A stretch of DNA of 64,000 nucleotides from a virus (IMGVR_UViG_3300009709_000023:1-64000); one strand, 5' to 3'. Counted from the first letter of the stretch, positions 1-8,719 are shown. A program made the numbers and translations. The notes: generated by a model not told the origin, from the letters alone.

Positions 1-120
1 CAAGAAAATTTTTGTTTTTTTGTAAAAAGACCTTTTTTCCTTTATAAATCAAACACTTAGGTCTTACAAAAACGGAAAATCAATTTTGTAAAGAAATTTT
101 ATTTACAGAAAATTTTGTAA
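1..120. repeat. AT-rich non-coding end region with short direct and inverted repeats
   Basis: AATTTTGTAA at 82-91 and 111-120; TTTTTGTAA (17-25) inverted to TTACAAAAA (64-72); AAGACC (27-32) inverted to GGTCTT (60-65); no ORF. Confidence 0.5.
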
Positions 121-300
121 TCAAGTATTGACACCTGCGTCCCTAAGCTTTAGCAAGACATAGCAATGCCGGTTCAAGCTTATTTAAGGGTATTAGGAGC
201 CGCTGGAGAACAGAGGTAGTACCGTATCATACCCCAGTGTCTAAAACCTCTCAAAACGTCTTTAATGACGTTTAATAGGCTTCAATAAATTTTCAAAGGA

Positions 301-309
301 TGGTATAAG
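301..309 (+). promoter_or_regulatory. TGGTATAAG early-type promoter box upstream of the RT locus
   Basis: Exact copy of the motif found upstream of most plus-strand gene islands. Confidence 0.65.
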
Positions 310-315
310 GAATAT

Positions 316-660
316 AGGATCTGAGATAACTTAGGTTGCATGCATTGAACTTGATTTTTCTTAGGTCGATTAGGCTCAGTACTTCATATTACAAACTTAA
401 CCACAGTTCCTTGTGGCACTGAGCTAACAACTACTATTATTCTGTTGAGTACTAAAGATGTTCCGTTTCCTGAAAATTATCAAATGTGTCTATAAGATTC
501 TCACTGCTGTCCACGCATTTATGGGCAGTACAATTCCTGTGCTTGAGGAGATGGCCAGGAGTTTGCCACAAGTGAGTGTAATCGCATAGCACAATCGTGC
601 GGGTTATCAGTAGTCTTCGGATAGCCCGTTAACTTAACTGAGGTAGTAACTACCTTAAGG
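316..660 (+). ncRNA. Candidate structured leader/ncRNA of the RT locus
   Basis: Stems GCTCAGT 374-380/ACTGAGC 418-424 enclosing CCACA/TGTGG; ACTGC 503-507/GCAGT 525-529; GCAC-AATC-GTGC 589-600; CGGGTTATC 600-608/GATAGCCCG 620-628; AGGTAG 641-646/CTACCT 650-655. Confidence 0.45.
458..589 (+). CDS. Possible 43-aa small protein (MFRFLKIIKCVYKILTAVHAF...)
   Basis: ATG-TAG ORF inside the leader, amphipathic N-terminus, no clear Shine-Dalgarno. Confidence 0.25.
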   Translation: MFRFLKIIKCVYKILTAVHAFMGSTIPVLEEMARSLPQVSVIA

Positions 661-669
661 ATGATTCCA

Positions 670-1221
670 ATGTTCGCTAAAGCTCTTCCCCCGTCACCTA
701 CTCCGAAGATCTCTACCGATAATTTCGAACCGATGGGGAATTACTTCATTGTTCGTCAGAACCGGCGGTATCATTACTTTCCGGTGAAGGTTGAAAAACA
801 TCCGCCTAATGCACCGACTCCCATTCTCAGATTTGAGAAGGCACCACCGGTTTTGATGGAAGGATGGGTAGTAACCCAAAAGCGGGTCTATCTTGTTACG
901 GTGCAGGACTTACTCCGTGGCATTATCAGAACAGCTAACGAATATCGATTTGAAAAGGAGAAGAGCAGTGATACCACTGAAACAACCAACTCTACTAGCC
1001 CCAATTCTGCCAACAGGATTGGTCAAAGTAGTGCAGATCCCAGGCCGGGAAAGACAGCGGCCGCAGTTTCAGCCCCTGCCTATGCAACAGACGTTTTCAG
1101 TTTCGTCGAACCAGGAACTCTCGAAGCTATTGGGGTGGAAAGTCACGACGCACTTGACCGGCTTATGTCTGAGCAAGAACAGTCATTACACGACACTGAG
1201 AATTCCCAAGAAGAGTGGTAA
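670..1221 (+). CDS. Hypothetical protein, RT-associated (overlaps RT 5' end)
   Basis: ORF 661-1221; TAAGG SD at 656-660 fits ATG 670; globular-looking N-half, S/T-rich low-complexity C-half. Confidence 0.55.
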   Translation: MFAKALPPSPTPKISTDNFEPMGNYFIVRQNRRYHYFPVKVEKHPPNAPTPILRFEKAPPVLMEGWVVTQKRVYLVTVQDLLRGIIRTANEYRFEKEKSSDTTETTNSTSPNSANRIGQSSADPRPGKTAAAVSAPAYATDVFSFVEPGTLEAIGVESHDALDRLMSEQEQSLHDTENSQEEW

Positions 1222-2035
1222 GATGAGAACCTTGCATAGTCCAGATCCGGCTATGCGGACTGCTCAACTTCTTATTCTTCGGAAGGTTCTTGATAAGGCA
1301 ATCATTCCAGATTATATCTGTTCCTTCGAAAAAGGACGATCAATTCCGGATATGGCTGCCCGTCATGTTGGTAGAGATGTTGTTATCAGTGTGGATCTCG
1401 AAGACTTCTTTACAAGTATTAAGCAACATCACTTGGTAGATGTTTTCGAGAAACTGGGGTTCGTAGAGAAAGCAGGGAGAACACTTTCTGAGCTTTGTAC
1501 CTACGGACCTTTTGTACCACAAGGCGCTTTGACAAGCCCAAAGATCAGTAATCTGGTTAGTGCAATGACCTTTGGACCTATCCTGGACAATTACTGCAAA
1601 CGAAAGAATGCAGTTTTAACCATATACGCAGATGACATTACAGTCTCCTTGAATAACGCAACTCGTGAAGACGTCTCTGAAGTTCTTCGAACAATCACTC
1701 AGACTGTACGTACTTTCGGCTTCGCAGTTAACACGGATAAGACAAAGGTAATGTGGCAATCCAAACGCCAGTATGTCTGCGGTGCCGTAGTCAATGAGAA
1801 ACTCACTCTTCCAAAGAAAGAGCGACTCAAACTACGGGGTATTGTTCATCGGATAAAAATGAATGGAATCGATGTTGAGGCTGAGAAAGCCGAGAAGACT
1901 CCGTCTGAGTTTCAGTCCTGGTTAGTAGGTAGGTTGAATTGGTACCGTCAACTTGACCCACTCCGGGCTGAACCTCTGATTGGTGAATTAAAGATGTACC
2001 GTGAGTTGTATGGAAACTTAGCCGAGGCGGCTTAA
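1082..2035 (+). CDS. Retron-like reverse transcriptase (~317 aa)
   Basis: HYTTLRIPKKSGKMRTLHSP, DLEDFFTSI, PQGALTSP, YADD catalytic motif, MAARH at the retron NAxxH position, VCG at the retron VTG position; first in-frame ATG at 1082. Confidence 0.9.
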   Translation: MQQTFSVSSNQELSKLLGWKVTTHLTGLCLSKNSHYTTLRIPKKSGKMRTLHSPDPAMRTAQLLILRKVLDKAIIPDYICSFEKGRSIPDMAARHVGRDVVISVDLEDFFTSIKQHHLVDVFEKLGFVEKAGRTLSELCTYGPFVPQGALTSPKISNLVSAMTFGPILDNYCKRKNAVLTIYADDITVSLNNATREDVSEVLRTITQTVRTFGFAVNTDKTKVMWQSKRQYVCGAVVNEKLTLPKKERLKLRGIVHRIKMNGIDVEAEKAEKTPSEFQSWLVGRLNWYRQLDPLRAEPLIGELKMYRELYGNLAEAA

Positions 2036-2080
2036 GTACAAATCATCAAGTTTCTTTTTTGGTTTGAATAAGAAGTAAAA

Positions 2081-2200
2081 GTACCGCTAAGGACTTCACT
2101 CTCGATCCGATTGGCCCAGTCTGCGCAGGCTGGAGGGGTGAAGTCTGGTACATCTCAATCTGGTGATGTTTGCCTGACTCCAGGCCGAAAGGCCTTTCTT
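2081..2200 (+). ncRNA. Compact structured RNA downstream of RT, ending in a terminator-like hairpin
   Basis: GTACC 2081-85/GGTAC 2147-51; 11-bp stem 2092-2102/2135-2145; CCAGTCT-GCGC-AGGCTGG 2116-2133; CATC/GATG 2151-2168; AGGCC-GAAA-GGCCT 2182-2195 then T-rich tail; G-U pairs favour the + strand. Confidence 0.6.
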
Positions 2201-3304
2201 TTAGCCTAATTGGACTCCAGACGAAGTGACATTTGCAAAATGCCCCCCAAACGTGTTATACACACCGCTGCTTGTAAGTTGTGTTTCTGCACCGGAACTA
2301 TGAGTCAAAGTAATATTACTACCAGTAATGTTCACAGTTTGTTGATTATTAAAATTTAGATCGATGCTATTAGCATTGACGGTAACAGTTTGTTGATTGT
2401 TGAAATTCAATTCAATGAGATCAGCATTGATTGTCACAACTTGCTTGTTGTTGTAGTTCAAAACGATTTGGCTACCAGTCTGACTAATAGTTGTTGTAAC
2501 GCCCCCAACAGTAATAACCTCTTCTTTATCCCCAACCATATCCAGTGTACGATGGAAAGTTTCTGTTCCCGCATTCAGAACCTGTTCTTTGTAAATGATA
2601 GTATTTGCGGTACCGCCTGATCCAGTAGAACCTGATTTGATAGCCTCTGCCATTACAGTGTCACCGTAATAGAAGTTCATTGAGTAGTTCTCTGTCGTAG
2701 CATCGGTAAAGTCATTGGCATAACCAGTGTAGCGAAATACCCTACCTCCGATGTTGCGCATCACATCTGAGCAGACATCCGAAAAATGTATGAAATTTCG
2801 GCCGACAATTTTAACAAGATCATCCATCTTTGAGATAAAAATTGATGCAAGACTTGAGCTTTTGAAAAGTAAAGAGCCTCCTCTGAGGATGGCAACAATT
2901 CCACCGCCAAAACTTCCAAGCACCCGGTCACCTACAACCATGTCGGTGGGTTTGTTTTGATTTGGAACAGAATTACCCGACTGGGCTGAAGTATAGTTCC
3001 CAGTATCAATGGAAGTACCGGATGCGATAGACGGAGGGTATGCCGATTCTGTGGTTTGCATTTTTGGCAAAGATCCAATAATCATTGGATGTCCTAAGCC
3101 AGAGTCAATAACAACCCTATCCCCCATATGCGGCGTACAAGTATCTGATCCTCGGGTTGATCCCCCCGTTGACATAAGCCAAGGAACGCCAACTAACCGT
3201 TGACCAGTTGTTGTTGTGATATTGGCTACAAGGCGGATAGAATCGACGGAAGTGACAATGCCTTCGTTCATTGTAGCAAGAGGGGTGGCAGGATTAGAAA
3301 ACAT
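2201..3304 (-). CDS. Baseplate hub/central spike (gp5/VgrG-like)
   Basis: N-terminal OB-fold-like GVPW...P..GDRVVI pattern; C-terminal beta-repeat (LNFNNQQTV x2); lies beyond the tail genes. Confidence 0.6.
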   Translation of the reverse strand: MFSNPATPLATMNEGIVTSVDSIRLVANITTTTGQRLVGVPWLMSTGGSTRGSDTCTPHMGDRVVIDSGLGHPMIIGSLPKMQTTESAYPPSIASGTSIDTGNYTSAQSGNSVPNQNKPTDMVVGDRVLGSFGGGIVAILRGGSLLFKSSSLASIFISKMDDLVKIVGRNFIHFSDVCSDVMRNIGGRVFRYTGYANDFTDATTENYSMNFYYGDTVMAEAIKSGSTGSGGTANTIIYKEQVLNAGTETFHRTLDMVGDKEEVITVGGVTTTISQTGSQIVLNYNNKQVVTINADLIELNFNNQQTVTVNANSIDLNFNNQQTVNITGSNITLTHSSGAETQLTSSGVYNTFGGHFANVTSSGVQLG

Positions 3305-3381
3305 TGGTATAAGAAAAATAGGAGATGAATTACTTCGTCTCGTCTGAATTTTACCCTTTTACTTTAGAAAGGTCCTAACAA

Positions 3382-4104
3382 ATGGCTTTGTACGAAATTC
3401 ATTTAACTATTGAGAAGACTGACCAGGTCGAACATTTTCAAAATATTTGCCAGGCTCTTGGATTGAAACCTTTATTGCTTAACCTTCATTTTTATGCCAA
3501 CAAGTTAACAGGCGGTACAAAGAAAGATGTACCTAACATGATGACAAGTTCTGTCTTTTATGGTAAGTATTATGATGATGTTGCGGCATTTTCGGATACA
3601 CTGGCATATAAATTGAATTCATGCGGATTTAGGGTTATTAGAACTAAGATCGAAACTCCCTTTGATAGTTCTCTGGATGAAGATAGACCTATTCCGGTAT
3701 ACTATGAAGCCCATCAGAAGTTAACTCTGGCGGATGACGTTGAAGATACGTTATGGTTCCCTATTAAAAACGGCATTCACGAAAATTTAAAAATATACAA
3801 AGAAAGAGAAGTTCATCCTCAACCATTTAAACTTTACATCCCTCATCTTAGTAGTAACTCTTTAAATTCTGATAATGGTACTAGATCTAGAATGGTAACT
3901 TGGAGAACAGGGTTATCAAATACTGATAAAACTAAAATTGGTTTAAATAAATGGCCTAATAATTTGGAGCTATCTATCGCAGAATTTGCCAAGTTCGTAA
4001 ATTACGCTTTTGGAAATTCCGTCCATATGGGTAAGATAATAAGGGAAAATGTAATTTTTGATAGTAATAAAGCTGTAGAACAAGAATGGGCACCAATTAA
4101 TTAA
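3382..4104 (+). CDS. Hypothetical protein (240 aa)
   Basis: Long ORF after TGGTATAAG box at 3305, with SD-like AAGG. Confidence 0.8.
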   Translation: MALYEIHLTIEKTDQVEHFQNICQALGLKPLLLNLHFYANKLTGGTKKDVPNMMTSSVFYGKYYDDVAAFSDTLAYKLNSCGFRVIRTKIETPFDSSLDEDRPIPVYYEAHQKLTLADDVEDTLWFPIKNGIHENLKIYKEREVHPQPFKLYIPHLSSNSLNSDNGTRSRMVTWRTGLSNTDKTKIGLNKWPNNLELSIAEFAKFVNYAFGNSVHMGKIIRENVIFDSNKAVEQEWAPIN

Positions 4105-4161
4105 GTCTTGTGGATACATGACGTTGTCATGTATAATGTGTTATTAACTATTAATTTATAT

Positions 4162-4725
4162 ATGACAACTGATCCTGAAGCTCCAAAGGAATTCTTTACT
4201 TCCGATACCCATTACGGGCACAAAAATATTATCACCTATTGCCATAGACCTTGGACAACCGTTGATGAAATGGACGAAGGTCTAATTACCAATTATAATG
4301 CAGTTGTACGTCCCATTGATACTTGCTATTTTCTAGGGGATATTTCCTTTTATGAAAGCTTTGAAAAAACTGCGTCTTTAGTTGGTCAGTTGAACGGCAA
4401 TAAAATTTTGGTTTATGGTAATCATGATTGGAGATTCCGAAAGGATTATCCAAAGATTTTTCAGAGTTGCTGGGATTATTATGAATTACGTCGTGGTCGG
4501 CAGCTCTACGTAATGAGTCATTATCCAATGCTGTCTTGGAACAAAGGCCATCATGGAAGTCTTATGCTACATGGACATAGCCATGGCTCAGTCAATGCTG
4601 AAAACGCTGGCACAAATAGATATGATGTCGGCGTAGATAGCAACGATTACAGACCTATTTCATTAGATGAAATCACCGAAAGAATTAATGCTCTTAAAGT
4701 GGTTTCAAAAGAATCAAGTGAATAA
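4162..4725 (+). CDS. Calcineurin-like metallophosphoesterase
   Basis: TSDTHYGH, LGD, GNHD, SHYP, HGHSH motifs; start moved to ATG 4162 because TGTATAAT lies just upstream. Confidence 0.9.
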   Translation: MTTDPEAPKEFFTSDTHYGHKNIITYCHRPWTTVDEMDEGLITNYNAVVRPIDTCYFLGDISFYESFEKTASLVGQLNGNKILVYGNHDWRFRKDYPKIFQSCWDYYELRRGRQLYVMSHYPMLSWNKGHHGSLMLHGHSHGSVNAENAGTNRYDVGVDSNDYRPISLDEITERINALKVVSKESSE

Positions 4726-4731
4726 CGTTCG

Positions 4732-4755
4732 GGCCCTTGAAATACAGGGCCTTTT
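4732..4755 (+). terminator. Intrinsic terminator
   Basis: GGCCCT/AGGGCC stem followed by TTTT. Confidence 0.6.
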
Positions 4756-4764
4756 ATTTAGATT

Positions 4765-5319
4765 ATGGGCATATTCAAACCTTTAGAGCCAGGTTCAACA
4801 CATGGCCGAATCACAATATTATTCAATTATATAAGCAACGCACAACGAAGGCTTAATTCCAGATGTGTATGTGAATGTGGAGTTTTATTTAATTCCCATA
4901 CAAGAAATATACGTAACGGTATTACTCAATCTTGTGGTTGCTTACAAATAGAAAAATCTACTGAAGTATTCAATGAGTACAATAGAAAATACAAAGAAGA
5001 ACGAGGCTTAGACCCGGATATATTATTAAGAGATCAGAATACTCAAGACAGAGTTCTGTTCATGGAAACAGTTGGAAGAAATACAAAAATAAGAGATAAG
5101 TACACATGTCTATTATGTGGACTGCATAGTCGAGAAATGTCTTCCCACCATATTAGTCCTTGGGTATCTGATAAAGAAAATAGATTCAATTATCTGAATA
5201 TAGCGACTCTTTGTAAAGAATGTCATTTACACCGAGTACATAAAGGTAATACGACACAAGAACCAGATTCGGAATTAACCAAGATACTCATTGAAAAGGT
5301 AGCAGAAAAATACAAATAA
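4765..5319 (+). CDS. HNH endonuclease with CxCxCG N-terminal domain
   Basis: CVCECG, SCGC; CLLCG...SHHISPW...NIATLCKECH. Confidence 0.8.
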   Translation: MGIFKPLEPGSTHGRITILFNYISNAQRRLNSRCVCECGVLFNSHTRNIRNGITQSCGCLQIEKSTEVFNEYNRKYKEERGLDPDILLRDQNTQDRVLFMETVGRNTKIRDKYTCLLCGLHSREMSSHHISPWVSDKENRFNYLNIATLCKECHLHRVHKGNTTQEPDSELTKILIEKVAEKYK

Positions 5320-5342
5320 AAAAGCCCGGCTTAATGCCGGGC
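5317..5342 (-). terminator. Terminator of the tail operon (probably bidirectional)
   Basis: GCCCGGC/GCCGGGC stem with an A-run on its left. Confidence 0.7.
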
Positions 5343-5370
5343 AATTATTGTTTTACTTGTTATTTTTAGA

Positions 5371-6048
5371 TTATGAACTGAACGAGACAGGAACCATACG
5401 ATCAAACTGCATGCTAATTCCTTCGCTGATAACAGGTTGAGTTGAAACAATTGAAAACGAATAGTTTTGGAACATGGCGTATTCTACATACACGGCAGCC
5501 AGAACTTTGCCATAACCTGACAATCCTGCGCCCTTGGTTTTTGAAATTACCAGAAGGCCGAATGGAACACCAAAGTATTCTGAATCGAGATTAAGTGAAA
5601 TATTCGTGTTCGGACTGGTAGCAGTTGGAGCTTCTTCTCCTTGGTCAGCTACCGCTGGACGATAAGCATTTGCAGTAAGAGCCATCAAGATGTTTGCCTG
5701 GTCCGCCAAAAGCTTTGTCATAGACATTGCATTAGTCGATTTGCCACGAGTGAAGAAGCTACGGTTTGACCCAATTTCAAATAGACGGGCCAAACCAGCA
5801 TCTGTCTGAACTGAAATATTATCAGCCAGTCCGATAGGAATAAGGCTCGAAGCATTTCCGCTTAATCCGCTGAAACGGGCAGGGCCCGCAAACAGCAGAG
5901 TTGAGTCTGGAGAGGCGCTATACTGAGCAAAACGTTCATACCCGTCTTCAGCCAGGGATGATACATAGTCTCCTTTCCAATCCCACTCTGTAGAAAATCC
6001 ACTCCCGGCAACTGTCGAGAGGGTATCATTTTGTGGTGATGCAGCCAT
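5371..6048 (-). CDS. Probable tail tube protein
   Basis: 225 aa directly downstream of the sheath gene; beta-rich, EIGS motif and terminal ..EGISMQFDRM typical of tube proteins. Confidence 0.6.
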   Translation of the reverse strand: MAASPQNDTLSTVAGSGFSTEWDWKGDYVSSLAEDGYERFAQYSASPDSTLLFAGPARFSGLSGNASSLIPIGLADNISVQTDAGLARLFEIGSNRSFFTRGKSTNAMSMTKLLADQANILMALTANAYRPAVADQGEEAPTATSPNTNISLNLDSEYFGVPFGLLVISKTKGAGLSGYGKVLAAVYVEYAMFQNYSFSIVSTQPVISEGISMQFDRMVPVSFSS

Positions 6049-6073
6049 TTATTATTATTTCCTTATTCTCTAA

Positions 6074-8719
6074 TTAAACCACCAGGTACAGCAGGATATT
6101 ATTCAACGGATTAGCCAGCGTTACTTGAACCTGACAGATCACTTGATCTTCATTTGTCGTACTTTGAGCCAAACTTACAATCGTTGCAGCCAGTAATGGA
6201 GCGCCGATGTTAGCAGCAACCTGGCCAATCAAGAACGATGAACCCGCATTAATCGAAGTACGAAGAGTTTGCAGACTATCAGTAGTAATATTATACTTCC
6301 CGATAAAATCTTTCAATTGTTGAACGTAGAAATACGACAGATAATCCAAGTTCTTAACAAGGCTCAATTCCTTCGTGTTCAACGAAGTCAAGTTCGTACT
6401 AAGTTGATGACGGACATACGGGCTTGATGTTTGGGTAGCTTGAACCAGTAACAGAGTACCGGATCCCGCCATCGTATCAAGCTGACTGCGAGTAAAGTAA
6501 AAATTACTATCGACTAATGAATCGATTCCAGGAACAGTCATATTCGTGAAACCTTGTTGTACAGCGTAAGCCGACGTCATACCTGCCAAGACGCAACCAG
6601 CGTAATAGCCAGGAACTTCAACGTCTACACCATTGACCGGAACCATGATATTATCAGGTTGAACGTGGTAAATACGTTGATCATTAAATGTCGTGCTTTG
6701 TGCAGCTACCGCAGCAGCTTGCTGGGCTTTACTGAGAGTAGAACTGACATAATATGAAACAGCAGTTGCGGTTCCCGCAGCTTGCACAACTAATTGCTGA
6801 TTGCTGAGCACTTCAAGAACAGTCAGAGTACCAACTGGGGTTGGAGTACCAGTACCGGCCGTTACAATCACTGAGTTTCCTGGAACAACACCGTCAGCCA
6901 CAAATGTAGCATTAGATGCTGTCAAGACATAATTTCCGCTAACCAATGTAATGCTATTGTTGCCGTTATTGGAATTAACCAAAGATGAAGACCAGGGTCC
7001 AACATTGACAGTTGTAGGTATTGCGGTATTAACGAAAGCGATACGCCATGCAGCGTAAGTGGCCTGACTCATATTATCAACGTGAGTCTGAACTTCATCC
7101 AAGATAGCGATATCTTGAGTCAGTGGAGCTAACGCATAAACAGTTTGGTTTTCCAGTAATTCTAAAGCATTGGTGTAACCCGGCAAATCGTTAGTAGATA
7201 CTGCCATCGCATTGACACCACCAGTACCAGAAGCAGCGCCCGCCAGAGCCATCAACACGCCAAATCCAAGCGGATTCGACGGAGTAAGATTACCGAGTTG
7301 ACCTTCAGCGTCTGTTTCACTGGCAATACTCAGCATTGAACCAGAGAGATCAGTACGAAGGGCGCTATAGGCGATGTACACTGCTGCACTATAAACCGTA
7401 CCATACACTGTCTGAGGATACGGGTGAATATTGACTTCACCTGAAAGAGTCAGATTGTTTAAGTCATAGTTGACATATGAATTAGCGCCAGTAATCGGCA
7501 GCAGTTGGTTGTTCATCGTCTGGAAGACTTGAACAGTCACAAGAGCTTCACCAGTCAAAGCAGCATTAGTCACCGCTGTGACCACTGGATTAGCAATGGT
7601 CAAAACTCCAGTGTTAATCGCAGTAATTGTAGTTGTCAACGCACCGCCACCAGCACCTGCGCCGGCCAGAATAATCGGTTGGTTAACAAAGAAGCCAGTT
7701 GCCGAAGTCGGAGTAATAGTTGTTGCGGCGGCAGCGGCCGTAGCAACTGTTGTAGCAATAGAAATATTAGCAGGCAGATTATCAACTGTGTTAATCGTGG
7801 TCAGATTACCGGTGAGGTTAGGGACCGAAGCAACAGTTGTACTGAAAGTTTGAGCGCCACCGCCAGGAGCTGTGTATGTCAAAGTTAATGCAGCACCTGC
7901 TTGAACAACAAGACTAGACGTAGCCGAATTAATGTTTGAAATAGCTTGCTTAGTGATTACACCAGCCGTAACAGCAGTAAGGGCAGGGGTTGAAATAGTA
8001 ATCGTGTCTGAACCAATTTGCACTTCAACAACTTCTGCAACCAGAGCTGCTCCGGAAGCACCTGCACCAGCGATGGACACAGTGTCACCGACCGAAATAG
8101 CAGAAACATCAGCCACTGCAGTAACTACTGCTGAGCTAACCGTGGTAGTACCAGTTACAGTCGTTGGGAAATACAAATTAAGAGCCGTTGTACCGCCAAT
8201 GCCCGTAAAGACGGATTGGAGTGTTTCAGTAACGGCGTTGTTCAAATAAACTTGAACAGATGATGAAGTAACTACCTGACCTGGTTTTTGACCAGGAAGA
8301 TAGAAAGGATTCGAAATTGCAGGATCGACGATTACGTCTTGCTTGGTAATTGTGACGTTAGAAACAGTCGTTGAGGCGGAAACGTTAAGGGTGAAATTTA
8401 AACCACTTACAGCCGTTACCACGCCAGTCAGGGTAGCACCAGAAGCACCAGCACCTGGGACATAGAGAGTGTCGTTAACTTCAAAATTGACGGCGTTATT
8501 CAACGTCAGAACTGCAGAGCCAGCGGTCATACCGCCAACTCCAGTCACTGCGGAAGTGGCAGCACTATTCAGAAGAGAGGTGGCAGAACTTGAATCGTAA
8601 GCGATAACGTTATAGGCCGGTCCGATTACACAAGCAGGCAGATTAGGCGTGCTGGTCGTTGTGCCAGCAGCATTTGAGAGCTGCTGATAAACTAGTACGG
8701 AAGGGGCGACATATGCCAT
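6074..8719 (-). CDS. Contractile tail sheath protein with inserted repeat domains
   Basis: N-terminal MAYVAPSVLVYQ; C-terminal sheath core (QGFTN, ELSLVKNLDY, CQVQVTLANPLNNILLYLVV). Confidence 0.85.
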   Translation of the reverse strand: MAYVAPSVLVYQQLSNAAGTTTSTPNLPACVIGPAYNVIAYDSSSATSLLNSAATSAVTGVGGMTAGSAVLTLNNAVNFEVNDTLYVPGAGASGATLTGVVTAVSGLNFTLNVSASTTVSNVTITKQDVIVDPAISNPFYLPGQKPGQVVTSSSVQVYLNNAVTETLQSVFTGIGGTTALNLYFPTTVTGTTTVSSAVVTAVADVSAISVGDTVSIAGAGASGAALVAEVVEVQIGSDTITISTPALTAVTAGVITKQAISNINSATSSLVVQAGAALTLTYTAPGGGAQTFSTTVASVPNLTGNLTTINTVDNLPANISIATTVATAAAAATTITPTSATGFFVNQPIILAGAGAGGGALTTTITAINTGVLTIANPVVTAVTNAALTGEALVTVQVFQTMNNQLLPITGANSYVNYDLNNLTLSGEVNIHPYPQTVYGTVYSAAVYIAYSALRTDLSGSMLSIASETDAEGQLGNLTPSNPLGFGVLMALAGAASGTGGVNAMAVSTNDLPGYTNALELLENQTVYALAPLTQDIAILDEVQTHVDNMSQATYAAWRIAFVNTAIPTTVNVGPWSSSLVNSNNGNNSITLVSGNYVLTASNATFVADGVVPGNSVIVTAGTGTPTPVGTLTVLEVLSNQQLVVQAAGTATAVSYYVSSTLSKAQQAAAVAAQSTTFNDQRIYHVQPDNIMVPVNGVDVEVPGYYAGCVLAGMTSAYAVQQGFTNMTVPGIDSLVDSNFYFTRSQLDTMAGSGTLLLVQATQTSSPYVRHQLSTNLTSLNTKELSLVKNLDYLSYFYVQQLKDFIGKYNITTDSLQTLRTSINAGSSFLIGQVAANIGAPLLAATIVSLAQSTTNEDQVICQVQVTLANPLNNILLYLVV

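Noticed and set aside
218-612. AGTA(C) recurring at about 218, 378, 448, 527 and 609 as a possible degenerate repeat array
   Set aside because: The match is only 4-5 nt with irregular spacing; it cannot support a CRISPR-like or repeat array.
316-660. Canonical retron msr-msd call
   Set aside because: No a1/a2 inverted repeat of adequate length bracketing the region could be found.
893-1081. ORF-track N-terminal extension of the RT (380 aa)
   Set aside because: It begins at a non-ATG codon, has no RT similarity and lies inside the partner ORF; ATG 1082 is preferred unless frameshifting occurs.
553-2186. 10/11-nt complementarity between leader 553-563 and downstream RNA 2176-2186
   Set aside because: About what chance predicts for regions of this size; it needs covariation support.
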